Sequence record: OP352608
Strand: one strand, 5' to 3'
DNA: 64,000 nt
Origin: Escherichia phage vB_EcoM_SP13
Shown: piece by piece, positions 5,654 to 14,893 of the stretch
How positions within the stretch are numbered: the stretch's first letter is position 1
How the letters are laid out: each line of letters starts with the position of its first letter
Made by a program: the position numbers and the translations under genes
The notes under the pieces: model-generated
What the model saw: only the letters and a program-made list of their open reading frames with translations
Databases searched by the model: none
What the model was told of the DNA's origin: nothing

Positions 5654-7963
5654 TTATTTTGCTGATTTCAGCGCGGCTATCTCTGCCTTGAGTTCACCTA
5701 TCTGATCCATGAGTGCAAGAATAGCCTCGTGGTGCAATGCCGCTGCCACTCCGTAAGTGTCGACTGATTTGACATCCTTGACCACGGTCCCATCAGCCAG
5801 TTCCATATCACCTGAAACAGAAACGGCTTCTGGGAAATCAACCTCAACATCTTGAGCCACGAATCCAAAACCTACTTTCGCGCCGTCAGTTTTCAATCGC
5901 CATGACACGCCATTAATCCTTTTCATCTTGGTCAATGGGTCTTGAATCTTGACAATCTCATCCTTGATTCTGACGTCTGAAGAAGTACCCCAACCGCCAG
6001 CGCAAACAGCATTACCTGCTTGCAGGAATTGGAAATACTTGTTGGTGCCTACACCGCCAGCAGTAGTGGTCATTATGGTCACATCGCCATTACGCTCAGA
6101 ATATACCCGACCATACGTTGCTGTGTTGGCACTGTTCTTAAAATCGATGAACGATTGGTTGTTGGTGTTTCCAATGAACGTCGCTTGACCGCCGCGAGTT
6201 ATCAACTGGCCTTTTGCATCAACGTTCCCAGAGCTGGTGATCAAGTTATTTGGCACAAGCAAGTTGCCGTTGTCGACAAAATCGAATGCCTGGCTGGCGG
6301 CAGTCGTCAAATTGGTAACGGTCAATCGCATGTAATAAGCGCCACCGATAACAGCGCGAATGCGCATGCGACCTTCAGCCTCAACAGCAGTCCCCACTCG
6401 ATACTCCGACATGACGCTGCCGCCGTCAGCGGTCGTGCCTGGACCTGGCATTGCCGTATCGCCGTTTATAACAGACCATTGCGTATTCGCCGCTGTGAAT
6501 CCACCGGATGCACGAATCACCCAAACGCCTGAAAAGTTGCGCGGCAATACTTCATCTGTTGCAAGGTTGTTACGACCGTAAGCTGGGCTTGAGTTAGAAG
6601 CTCTTAGCGCAACGCTTCCCAAAGAGTTCGCACCAGAACTTAAAAGCGAAACACCTCTTACATATCGCGGAATGGTGAATCCTTCTCCATTGATGAATGC
6701 GCCGCCAGCACCTGCGACAACCGTTCCTGATGCTGGTTCACTTGCAGGGCCGGACCCGTGGAAGTTGATGTTGCCAGTGATGTTTGGCAGGAAGGATTCC
6801 ATTATCATTCCGTCATTTGACGAGTTGCCGCCATCGCCACGGGCAAAAAGTGCACGAACACTTCCTGTCTGAACGCCGTTACGGTCTGGAACACGGAATG
6901 TTGTTGTTCCGTTGCCTAAAGAATACTTTCCGCGCTTCAGCGGGTCAGCCAACCAATCTGCATCAGCAATAGGCGTAAGCATTTGCGCATAAGCCCAAAG
7001 CTCAGGCCAGTCTGCACGGTTAAGCAATTGTCCGTCGGCAACAACTTCATACGACTGAATATAGGCGCGACTGTCGCGCAGGTGAAAGTCACCAACGCCA
7101 TAGTTCATTACGCCGTTCATGCTTGGGCCAACGGTGCCAGTATTTACTAAGTTCTCAACCCAACGCTTCGTCGCGGCATCATAATCATTGACGGGGTCGC
7201 CAGCCAGTGGTGTTGAGCCTTGTGGACGAATATTCAACCATGCTTGCGCATTGTCTGCTGATCCTGTGCCGCCCATGGAAGTTGGAACGATGCTCTGATC
7301 AGCAACAGGGCCAAATCCAAAGGCATCTTTCATTCCCTGAATAGTCGTTTGACCTGTGCCGCCGTTTGCAATTGGAATTGTGCTTTGTGAACTATAAATT
7401 TGCGCCCAAGGCGACCATGAAGATGTTTCAGCATTGTACCTTCTTTGGTACAAGTTATTTGAGTTGAATGTGGTGTATCTTTGAATGCAACTTTCCAAAG
7501 ATATGGCAGTCTGCAGGACTTCCAATATCCCAGCTTCCAAGGCTACTGGATAGTTGAGGGATGTCTGCGCAGCAGCATTTGAATATTGGTAATATTGCCC
7601 AAACCAAGTTCCAGTCAAAGAGTTCAGATTTATCCCCGACGGCAAAAGTCCAAAATTCCTGACAGTATTGGTCAAAGATGCGGCAGTTGTTCGAATGGAA
7701 AGCATGTCGCCTGCCGCCCATGCGCGCGCTGCAGTTCCTTCCTGTGCACGCTGCACAGTCAGGACGTTCCCAACCACGGCTGTTACAGTGATGATTTCAA
7801 ATTGGAGGCCTGTTGCAGCGTCGACGATTGTCGCCACTACACGCTCGTTTGCACCCAAGGTCGGAAAGCCCGACCCTGAGCGGATTGTGATTGTGGTGTC
7901 TGAAGTCGTCGCTGGCTGAGCGAGCGCGACCTCAAAGTTGTTTTTGAATATTAGCCTTGGCAT
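5654..7963 (-). CDS. tail fibre/tailspike protein with C-terminal self-cleaving intramolecular chaperone domain (peptidase S74-like)
   Basis: N-terminal TITIRSGSGF...VTAVVGNVLTVQRAQEGT fibre-anchor-like segment; Gly/Ser/Thr-rich repetitive body; C-terminal GGWGTSSDVRIKDEI ... FGFVAQDVE ... LKAEIAALK pattern as in endosialidase-type chaperone domains; CGAGGA RBS. Confidence 0.75.
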   Translation of the reverse strand: MPRLIFKNNFEVALAQPATTSDTTITIRSGSGFPTLGANERVVATIVDAATGLQFEIITVTAVVGNVLTVQRAQEGTAARAWAAGDMLSIRTTAASLTNTVRNFGLLPSGINLNSLTGTWFGQYYQYSNAAAQTSLNYPVALEAGILEVLQTAISLESCIQRYTTFNSNNLYQRRYNAETSSWSPWAQIYSSQSTIPIANGGTGQTTIQGMKDAFGFGPVADQSIVPTSMGGTGSADNAQAWLNIRPQGSTPLAGDPVNDYDAATKRWVENLVNTGTVGPSMNGVMNYGVGDFHLRDSRAYIQSYEVVADGQLLNRADWPELWAYAQMLTPIADADWLADPLKRGKYSLGNGTTTFRVPDRNGVQTGSVRALFARGDGGNSSNDGMIMESFLPNITGNINFHGSGPASEPASGTVVAGAGGAFINGEGFTIPRYVRGVSLLSSGANSLGSVALRASNSSPAYGRNNLATDEVLPRNFSGVWVIRASGGFTAANTQWSVINGDTAMPGPGTTADGGSVMSEYRVGTAVEAEGRMRIRAVIGGAYYMRLTVTNLTTAASQAFDFVDNGNLLVPNNLITSSGNVDAKGQLITRGGQATFIGNTNNQSFIDFKNSANTATYGRVYSERNGDVTIMTTTAGGVGTNKYFQFLQAGNAVCAGGWGTSSDVRIKDEIVKIQDPLTKMKRINGVSWRLKTDGAKVGFGFVAQDVEVDFPEAVSVSGDMELADGTVVKDVKSVDTYGVAAALHHEAILALMDQIGELKAEIAALKSAK

Positions 7964-8001
7964 TTTACGGTCCTCGTTTTGTCGACAACCGTATTATAAC
8001 C

Positions 8002-8343
8002 TTAATTTCTTTTGAGAGGAATATGACGGTGGCTGCCATTATTTGGTTTAATAATGAGCATAAAAACGATTAGAAAGATGATGGCTGATATACTTAATTC
8101 AATCAGCGCGGCTTGAGATATAGATTGATCTTCGTGATACTGCTTTTGCATTTCTGCTTTCTTCTGAGCGCAAACTTCAGGTGATATGTAATCGCCTTTT
8201 GAGTTGCCATAATAAATTTCGCCGTTTTCAGAAATCAGTCTGCCGCAAATATCCGTTTCAGCCTTTGCACTTGACATCATAATAACGGTGCCGATAATAG
8301 CGGCGATAGTCCAGATTAACAGTTGTGATAAAGTGTTGTTCAT
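8002..8343 (-). CDS. membrane or exported protein (signal-peptide-like N-terminus and C-terminal transmembrane helix)
   Basis: ORF trimmed to MNNTLSQ with AAGAGG RBS; hydrophobic LLIWTIAAIIGTVIMMSSAKA and ISAIIFLIVFMLII segments. Confidence 0.55.
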   Translation of the reverse strand: MNNTLSQLLIWTIAAIIGTVIMMSSAKAETDICGRLISENGEIYYGNSKGDYISPEVCAQKKAEMQKQYHEDQSISQAALIELSISAIIFLIVFMLIIKPNNGSHRHIPLKRN

Positions 8344-8539
8344 GATAACCTCTTTAAATTCCCTTCCCATATCGGGAAGGGTGATAATTATTTTACGCGA
8401 AAGAATAGGCGCGTGCCACACAGCGAGTCCCAACGGCCTTCACCATCCCATACCGACCCAACGCCAGCGGTGATGACACCAGCAGAATTGGCGGCATTGG
8501 CCCAGGCGAGTCGTTTCAGCTTCCAACTACACCAACGAT

Positions 8540-8773
8540 TCACAGTTCATCTCCAGATTGCAGAACAAGTCCCGCATAGAGGATTGCCAAGGCCAAAGGT
8601 GCACCACCACCAGCCTCTCTATTCTCTTTGATTTGAAGAGTATCCTTAAGGAATTGCAGCTGAACGTTGAATTCACTTTCAATTCCAAGCACTCTAGCCA
8701 ATTCTTTTACAGAATCTGCATATGCCTTGTCTAGCACTTCTTTTGGTACTGTTAAGGTTAATTCATTTGCCAT
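8540..8773 (-). CDS. hypothetical small protein
   Basis: ATG overlapping the upstream stop; GGAGTGG RBS. Confidence 0.5.
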   Translation of the reverse strand: MANELTLTVPKEVLDKAYADSVKELARVLGIESEFNVQLQFLKDTLQIKENREAGGGAPLALAILYAGLVLQSGDEL

Positions 8774-8984
8774 TTTCTTTCCACTCCACAAATGTGTTGC
8801 CGCTTGTTTCTCTGTTTAGCAGGTATCTGCCGCGCATCCCATGAAGGCTGAACTCAACCGTCGATGGATTAGATTTTGAAAGCCATATAGGCTGCCCGTC
8901 GAATGGACCGCCTACGCATGTATATTTCGCTTTTGGCTCACTCCTTTTGGGCCGTTTTGCCCGCTCTTTGATTGATAGTCTCAT
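8763..8984 (-). CDS. hypothetical small basic protein
   Basis: ATG overlaps the stop of gene 8984..9199 (ATGA). Confidence 0.5.
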   Translation of the reverse strand: MRLSIKERAKRPKRSEPKAKYTCVGGPFDGQPIWLSKSNPSTVEFSLHGMRGRYLLNRETSGNTFVEWKENGK

Positions 8985-9199
8985 CAGTCTTCACCTTGAG
9001 ATTCCAGACAAGTAAGGACAAGCCAAGTCATCGGAAGAATCAAAACCAGAGAAATGAGGGACCAGATAGACCAGCACAGGATGACAGACTTGAATGTGTG
9101 AACGTCGCCAAACGCAGCAGTAAAACAGAATCCCATTACAAATGCAATAGCGGTGGAATGGTTGTCTATGGCTTTGATGGCACGGTCGATGAGTTTCAT
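8984..9199 (-). CDS. small membrane protein with holin-like topology
   Basis: GGAGGT RBS; 71 aa with two or three hydrophobic helices; no adjacent lysin, so a holin role is speculative. Confidence 0.5.
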   Translation of the reverse strand: MKLIDRAIKAIDNHSTAIAFVMGFCFTAAFGDVHTFKSVILCWSIWSLISLVLILPMTWLVLTCLESQGED

Positions 9200-9348
9200 A
9201 TTACCTCCGGTTTTGAGTTAATATGATTATAACGCAGAGTCTCAGAAAGGCAAACTTTTTGTGAATTTTAATCAAAAAAAATGGCCAGAAAAAAATCTGG
9301 CCGAAAGATCACCCTTTATCCACTACTAAGCTGGAATCATAATTTTAC

Positions 9349-9378
9349 TTGATATAGCTTGTACAAGCAAACTATAAT
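9349..9378 (+). promoter_or_regulatory. promoter-like element upstream of the terminase gene
   Basis: -35 TTGATA, 18-nt spacer, -10 TATAAT abutting the ATG at 9379, which would favour the in-frame ATG at 9412 as the real start. Confidence 0.4.
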
Positions 9379-10839
9379 ATGAATAAAATATTAACACATA
9401 ATTGGAAATTCATGTACCAGTTGAATCCTGCTTTAAAAGAAGTCTGGAAGACAAAAGCGCGATACAAAGTAATATACGGCGGTCGTGCATCTTCCAAATC
9501 GCACGATGCCGCTGGTTTTGCTATTTATTTGGCGGCAAACTTCAAATTAAAATTCCTTTGCGTTCGACAATTCCAGAACAAAATTTCTGAATCTGTATAT
9601 ACTCTATTAAAAGACAAAATAGAGATTTCTGATTTCAAAGATGAGTTCAATTTATTAAAGAACTCTATTGAACATAAAAGAACTAAATCTGAATTTCTAT
9701 TTTACGGTATCGCACGTAACGTTGATGAAATTAAATCAACAGAAGGTGTTGACGTCCTTTGGCTGGAAGAAGCGCACGCGCTTACTGAAGAACAGTGGGA
9801 CATTATTGAGCCGACAATCCGTAAAGAAGGGTCCGAAATATGGATCATCTTTAACCCCGATGAAGAGGCCGATTTTGTCTACCAAAACTTTGTTATGCGA
9901 CCGCCGAAGAATGCCATTGTTAAAAAGATAAACTGGCAAGACAATCCATTTTTGTCGCAAACGATGCTGGACGTTATTGCAGGCATGTACGAGCGCGACC
10001 CGAAAAAGGCAGAGCACGTTTATGGCGGCGTGCCGAAGACTGGCGGCGATAAATCTGTAATCAACCGCGCATTCGTTAAGGCCGCGCTTAATCTCCACAA
10101 ACACCCTACGCTGGGATGGAGTTTGTCAGGGTCTAACCGTATAGGCTTTGACGTAGCGGACGATGGCGACGACCTTAACGCCACTGCATTCGTTACAGGA
10201 AACGTATTGCGCGGCATCAAGACATGGGAAGGTCTGGAAGATGAATTGTTAAAATCGGCAAGCGGAGTTTGGAAAGATGCGCTTACATTTGGCGCTTCTA
10301 TAACTTATGACGCCATCGGTGTCGGCGCTTTTGCTGGTTCAAAATTTGATGAACTGAACGAGTATGCAATACATGAAAATCCATCATTTCCAAGAATCGA
10401 ATTTAATGCGTTCAATGCGCAAGGGTCTGTTGATGATCCTGATGACGTTTTTCTTGAATTACCACACGTTGAAATACTCAATAAAGACCATTTCGCAAAC
10501 ATAAAAGCGCAAAAGTGGACTGAAATTGCAGAGAGATTCAGAAAGACATACGAATATGCAACTGGGCAAGCCGTATATCCGACTGATGAGTTGATTTCAA
10601 TCGACACCGATGGCATACCAGAACTTGGAATTCCAGCTTGGACTACTGAAGAGATTGAGACGTTTCTTTTTGAGATGTCAGCGCCGCGCAAAGATACGTC
10701 TGTTCTTGGCAAGTTCAAAGTTGAATCTAAAAAGGATATGGCAAAGCGTGGAGTCAAATCACCTAACAAAGCGGACGCGGCAATCATGGCATTAATGAAA
10801 CCAATCGTTGCAGCATCCGGCTTCTTCTCTAACCTTTAA
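9379..10839 (+). CDS. terminase large subunit
   Basis: N-terminal deviant P-loop RYKVIYGGRASSKSH typical of large terminases, acidic nuclease-type C-terminal half, position upstream of the portal; alternative start at 9412. Confidence 0.85.
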   Translation: MNKILTHNWKFMYQLNPALKEVWKTKARYKVIYGGRASSKSHDAAGFAIYLAANFKLKFLCVRQFQNKISESVYTLLKDKIEISDFKDEFNLLKNSIEHKRTKSEFLFYGIARNVDEIKSTEGVDVLWLEEAHALTEEQWDIIEPTIRKEGSEIWIIFNPDEEADFVYQNFVMRPPKNAIVKKINWQDNPFLSQTMLDVIAGMYERDPKKAEHVYGGVPKTGGDKSVINRAFVKAALNLHKHPTLGWSLSGSNRIGFDVADDGDDLNATAFVTGNVLRGIKTWEGLEDELLKSASGVWKDALTFGASITYDAIGVGAFAGSKFDELNEYAIHENPSFPRIEFNAFNAQGSVDDPDDVFLELPHVEILNKDHFANIKAQKWTEIAERFRKTYEYATGQAVYPTDELISIDTDGIPELGIPAWTTEEIETFLFEMSAPRKDTSVLGKFKVESKKDMAKRGVKSPNKADAAIMALMKPIVAASGFFSNL

Positions 10840-10842
10840 CAA

Positions 10843-11082
10843 TCAAAGCATTCCGTGCTGAAGGTCTAGTTTTCTTGCAGCAAATGACCTGGCACGGAAT
10901 CGCTTACCCGCCCTTACTGCCTGCCGAATCTTCTTTTGCATACACTTACGGTCAAAATCGTTGCGGTCAACGGCTTCGAGTAAATCCCGACGCAAAGCAC
11001 CTAGTGTCGCCTTTTCGGATAATTCTACGCCCAGCGCGGCTGCAACGTCTTTCAAAACATCGAGTTCGGTTAACGTTCTCAT
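10843..11082 (-). CDS. hypothetical small protein with basic C-terminus
   Basis: 79-aa ORF on the opposite strand between terminase and portal. Confidence 0.45.
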   Translation of the reverse strand: MRTLTELDVLKDVAAALGVELSEKATLGALRRDLLEAVDRNDFDRKCMQKKIRQAVRAGKRFRARSFAARKLDLQHGML

Positions 11083-11495
11083 TTGATAATCCCCTTGATG
11101 TCTGATTCTGCCATAAAGATTGGAGTGCCGCCGCCAGGAACAATCGAGCGCGTTACTTTGTCGAACATATCGTTTTCTTCAACTTGAATACGATAAAATT
11201 TATTCTTGGATGAAGATGGGCACAATTCCATAAATTTACCAATGCCGCGAACGCATTCATCTTCAAAGTATACTGTTTCACCTTGAATGGATTCGATGTT
11301 TTCAACCGGATACACCTTGCGACCTAAAAGCCATTCATCCATGGTCGCCTGCAACACGCTTCTCGCATCCAAAATCCAAGGGTCAACTGTGGCACCTTCA
11401 TATCGCGCAGCAGTGGCTTTTGCCAGCTCTTCATATTCGCATACGTTTACTACTTCGCCTTGATGAAGGACGACAAATACAATTGTTGTGCTCAT
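11079..11495 (-). CDS. hypothetical protein (138 aa)
   Basis: ORF on the opposite strand between terminase and portal; 4-nt overlap with the downstream gene. Confidence 0.5.
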   Translation of the reverse strand: MSTTIVFVVLHQGEVVNVCEYEELAKATAARYEGATVDPWILDARSVLQATMDEWLLGRKVYPVENIESIQGETVYFEDECVRGIGKFMELCPSSSKNKFYRIQVEENDMFDKVTRSIVPGGGTPIFMAESDIKGIIK

Positions 11496-11590
11496 TTCAA
11501 TCTCCTTTCGTTTGGTTAACTAAAATATAACTCAAAATGATACAAAAGCAAAATATTTTATGAACTATTTATGATTACTATACATATCAT

Positions 11591-11619
11591 TTGCTTACAA
11601 ACACATGAATATTTATAAT
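11591..11619 (+). promoter_or_regulatory. sigma70-like promoter upstream of the portal gene
   Basis: -35 TTGCTT, 17-nt spacer, -10 TATAAT in an AT-rich divergent intergenic region. Confidence 0.5.
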
Positions 11620-11657
11620 ATAGATTGATTCCCTTTCACTGTCAGGTGGCGTTAACA

Positions 11658-14033
11658 ATGAAAATTCTTGGCATAAAACTCTGGGAGAAGACGCGACCAG
11701 AAGCCGAACCAGCGGAGATGCCGCCAGGCGACCCATTGGCACCGTTTGAACGCCTTGAAAGGCGCGGCAGCGGTCAACGCTGGGAAAAGACTGAAAGCAA
11801 TCGACCGACCTTTAAAACGGTTGATGACTTCCCTTTATATGAGCCTGATATTAACGGGGACGGTGTTGCAATCATCAAAGGTCGCTCAGTAGATTCAGCA
11901 ACCGTATCCAAAAAAGTTATGGATAATGCCTTAAAGAACATCAGTTCAGAAGGGCAGGTGAATCCATACACAGTGCCTATTCAGTTGCAAAACTGGTACT
12001 TATCGCAATCATTTATCGGATATCAAGCTTGCGCCATCATCGCGCAGCACTGGCTAGTGAACAAGGCTTGTTCCATGGTAGGCCGCGATGCGGTCCGTAA
12101 AGGCTGGGAAGTCAAATCCAGTTCTGAGTCGGAATTGTCAGTACAGGCCAGCGAACGCTTAAAGCAAATTGATAAAGAATTTAACATCAAAGAGCACTTA
12201 GTTGAAGCCGAACGATTCAAGAATATTTTTGGCATCCGCGTCATCATATTTGATGTGCGCAGTGATGACCCAGAATATTATAGCAAACCTTTTAACATCG
12301 ATGGTGTGACAAAAGGGTCTTATAAGGGAATCATTCAGGTTGACCCTTATTGGATGATGCCATTCTTGACGTCTGAAAACACTGCAGACCCTGCGTCACA
12401 GCATTTCTATGATCCAGAATACTGGGTGATCAGCGGACAGCGTTATCATCGCAGCCACCTAATCATCTTGCGCAACGATGAGCCAGCTGATATTCTCAAG
12501 CCGACTTATATCTACGGCGGCATTCCTCTGACTCAGCAGATTTATGAACGTATCTATGCCGCTGAACGTACCGCTAACGAAGCGCCATTGCTGGCGATGT
12601 CTAAGCGTACAACCACGCTTCGGACCGACGTTGACAAGGCGATTGCCAATGAGCGGTCGTTTGCCGAACGTCTGATGATGTGGATTAAGTACCGCGACAA
12701 CTATGCAGTCAAAGTGCTTGGTCAGAAAGAAGAGATGGACCAGTTCGACATCAACTTGTCAGACTTCGACAGCATCATCATGAACCAGTACCAGCTGGTG
12801 GCCGCAATCGCAAAAGTTCCGTCGACAAAACTGTTAGGGACGTCACCTAAAGGCTTTAACGCCACTGGTGAGTTCGAAATGGTCAGCTATCACGAAGAAT
12901 TGGAGACTTGTCAACAGCACGATTTGACGAAGATTCTTGACCGCCACTATAAAATCCTTTTGAAGTCTGAAGGCGTGGAAGTCGACGTTAAAGTGGCATG
13001 GGAGCCAGTTGGTTCACTTACTGCTACTCAGCTTGCAGAGATTAACGACAAACGAGCGAATACTGGCAAGACTCTCATTGATGCTGGCGTAATCTCCCCT
13101 GATGAAGAGCGCGACCGCATCAAGGACGACAAAAACAGCGGCTACAACCGTTTGCCGGAAGATGCAGCAGAAGAAACCCCAGGGATGTCTCCAGAGAATA
13201 TGGCACTGCTTGGCAAGTCTGCTGGTGAAGTTCTGCAAGGCAAGGCCGATATTGAACAGGCCAAAGCTGATGTTGTCAAGATGGGCGGCCAGTTCTATAG
13301 CGAGACTGGTATTATGCCGGAAGGTGCCGCGCGTGGTGAGTTGGCGGAAAACCCTGACAGGGCACCAGTTGAGATTAACATGGATGATACCGATGACGAA
13401 TCAAGCCATCACGTTGATGTCCTAACGCAACTGAAAGAAGGTCTGGAGGGTATTGCTGACTATTACCTTAAAGAAGGTCAGGACGTGGATTTTGACCCTC
13501 AAAAAGATGCAAGGTCGGTGCAACCGTCTACGCTTCCAAGCGTAAAAGGAAATGTCGTGAACTTGCGACACAATGTAGGGAAGATGGATGCTGCATCGCT
13601 GCCTAAGATGAAGTTGCACGGGATGATTCTTGGTATTGAGAATCCTCGCAACAGCATTCGCAGGGGTAACAGCCTTGATGGTGAATGGGCAGTTAAGATG
13701 CCGCACCATTACGGATTTATCAAAGGCACCAAGGGCGCTGATGGTGATGAAGTCGACTGCTTTGTTGGACCAAACATGAAGTCGCCTAAAGTATTCATCA
13801 TTAACCAAAATGATAATTATTCTGGCGAATTTGATGAACACAAGTGTATGCTTGGATTTGATTCAGCAGAAGAAGCGAAAGAAGCTTATCAGGCGTCATT
13901 TGGTAACGGTTGGAACGGATTTGACTCAATCCACGAATTGGATGTAAACTCATTCAAGGAGTGGTTGAAGGGTGATTGCTCTCAAGCATATGGAGCACTC
14001 AACAATCCTACTAATTCACCGAAGCAAGGTTGA
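11658..14033 (+). CDS. portal protein (with extended C-terminal region)
   Basis: ORF trimmed to ATG 11658 after AGGTGG RBS; size and position between terminase and head-morphogenesis gene; no portal motif verified. Confidence 0.65.
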   Translation: MKILGIKLWEKTRPEAEPAEMPPGDPLAPFERLERRGSGQRWEKTESNRPTFKTVDDFPLYEPDINGDGVAIIKGRSVDSATVSKKVMDNALKNISSEGQVNPYTVPIQLQNWYLSQSFIGYQACAIIAQHWLVNKACSMVGRDAVRKGWEVKSSSESELSVQASERLKQIDKEFNIKEHLVEAERFKNIFGIRVIIFDVRSDDPEYYSKPFNIDGVTKGSYKGIIQVDPYWMMPFLTSENTADPASQHFYDPEYWVISGQRYHRSHLIILRNDEPADILKPTYIYGGIPLTQQIYERIYAAERTANEAPLLAMSKRTTTLRTDVDKAIANERSFAERLMMWIKYRDNYAVKVLGQKEEMDQFDINLSDFDSIIMNQYQLVAAIAKVPSTKLLGTSPKGFNATGEFEMVSYHEELETCQQHDLTKILDRHYKILLKSEGVEVDVKVAWEPVGSLTATQLAEINDKRANTGKTLIDAGVISPDEERDRIKDDKNSGYNRLPEDAAEETPGMSPENMALLGKSAGEVLQGKADIEQAKADVVKMGGQFYSETGIMPEGAARGELAENPDRAPVEINMDDTDDESSHHVDVLTQLKEGLEGIADYYLKEGQDVDFDPQKDARSVQPSTLPSVKGNVVNLRHNVGKMDAASLPKMKLHGMILGIENPRNSIRRGNSLDGEWAVKMPHHYGFIKGTKGADGDEVDCFVGPNMKSPKVFIINQNDNYSGEFDEHKCMLGFDSAEEAKEAYQASFGNGWNGFDSIHELDVNSFKEWLKGDCSQAYGALNNPTNSPKQG

Positions 14034-14034
14034 T

Positions 14035-14886
14035 ATGGCTTTTAAAGCTTCGAAAAAACGTGAACGCCGCTCACCCGATAGAATCGGGCGCGGCAGTCCG
14101 ATAATCCCATCCAACGCAATCGCGATGGCCTATCGTCGTGAGATGAAAGGTCTTTGCTATGCGATGATTGACGACTATCAAGAAGGAATTGCTGAGTGGC
14201 TTGAAAAGAAGCAGGTGAAAAAATTCTTTGCGCAAGACTCTGCTGATTCAACTTTTCAAACCTTGATGAAGCGACTGCAACTGAAATGGGCAAAAGCTTT
14301 CGCCCGTGTCGGGTCAAAGATTGCCGCAGATTTCATCAAGTCAGTTGAAAAGGGTGCCACTTCTGCTACATTTGCAAGTCTTAAATCTGCAGGAATAGAA
14401 GCGCCAAAAGCCACATATAATAAATTCGTTGAGAACACTCTTAAAACAAGCGAGACGTTCAACACGACTTTAGTGACTAAGGTTGGCGAGGATATTCACA
14501 ACAGGGTGTACGAAGCGGTGATGCTTTCGCTGACTTCGCCAGACCCAGCGCAACAAGGCACGTCCGGTATTCAGGCGGCATTAAGGAATGTAAAACACTT
14601 CTCTGCAAAGCGCGTAGACCTTATTGCAAAAGACCAAACGAGCAAACTTTATTGCGTATTAAGTGATGAAAGGATGCGACAGAATGGAGTCGAGGAATTT
14701 GAGTGGGCGCATTCAGGAGCAGGCAAAGAGCCGCGAATATCGCATGAGCATGTCGATGGAATGAGATTCAAGCTTGATGACAAACGCTTATGGGAAGTAG
14801 GTGGAGAACTTAAGTTCAAAAAGGGTGACATCGGTCCTCCTGGATGGGCGATACACTGCAAGTGCAGGAAAATACCAATTATCTGA
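14035..14886 (+). CDS. head morphogenesis protein (Mu F / SPP1 gp7-like minor head protein)
   Basis: C-terminal HEHVDG ... HCKCR pattern as in Mu F-like proteins; immediately after the portal. Confidence 0.65.
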   Translation: MAFKASKKRERRSPDRIGRGSPIIPSNAIAMAYRREMKGLCYAMIDDYQEGIAEWLEKKQVKKFFAQDSADSTFQTLMKRLQLKWAKAFARVGSKIAADFIKSVEKGATSATFASLKSAGIEAPKATYNKFVENTLKTSETFNTTLVTKVGEDIHNRVYEAVMLSLTSPDPAQQGTSGIQAALRNVKHFSAKRVDLIAKDQTSKLYCVLSDERMRQNGVEEFEWAHSGAGKEPRISHEHVDGMRFKLDDKRLWEVGGELKFKKGDIGPPGWAIHCKCRKIPII

Positions 14887-14893
14887 GGTCATT

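Noticed and set aside
5949-7919. Several plus-strand ORFs (79-170 aa) inside the tail fibre gene
   Set aside because: Fully antisense to a long well-supported gene, no RBS, odd amino-acid composition; typical shadow ORFs in GC-balanced DNA
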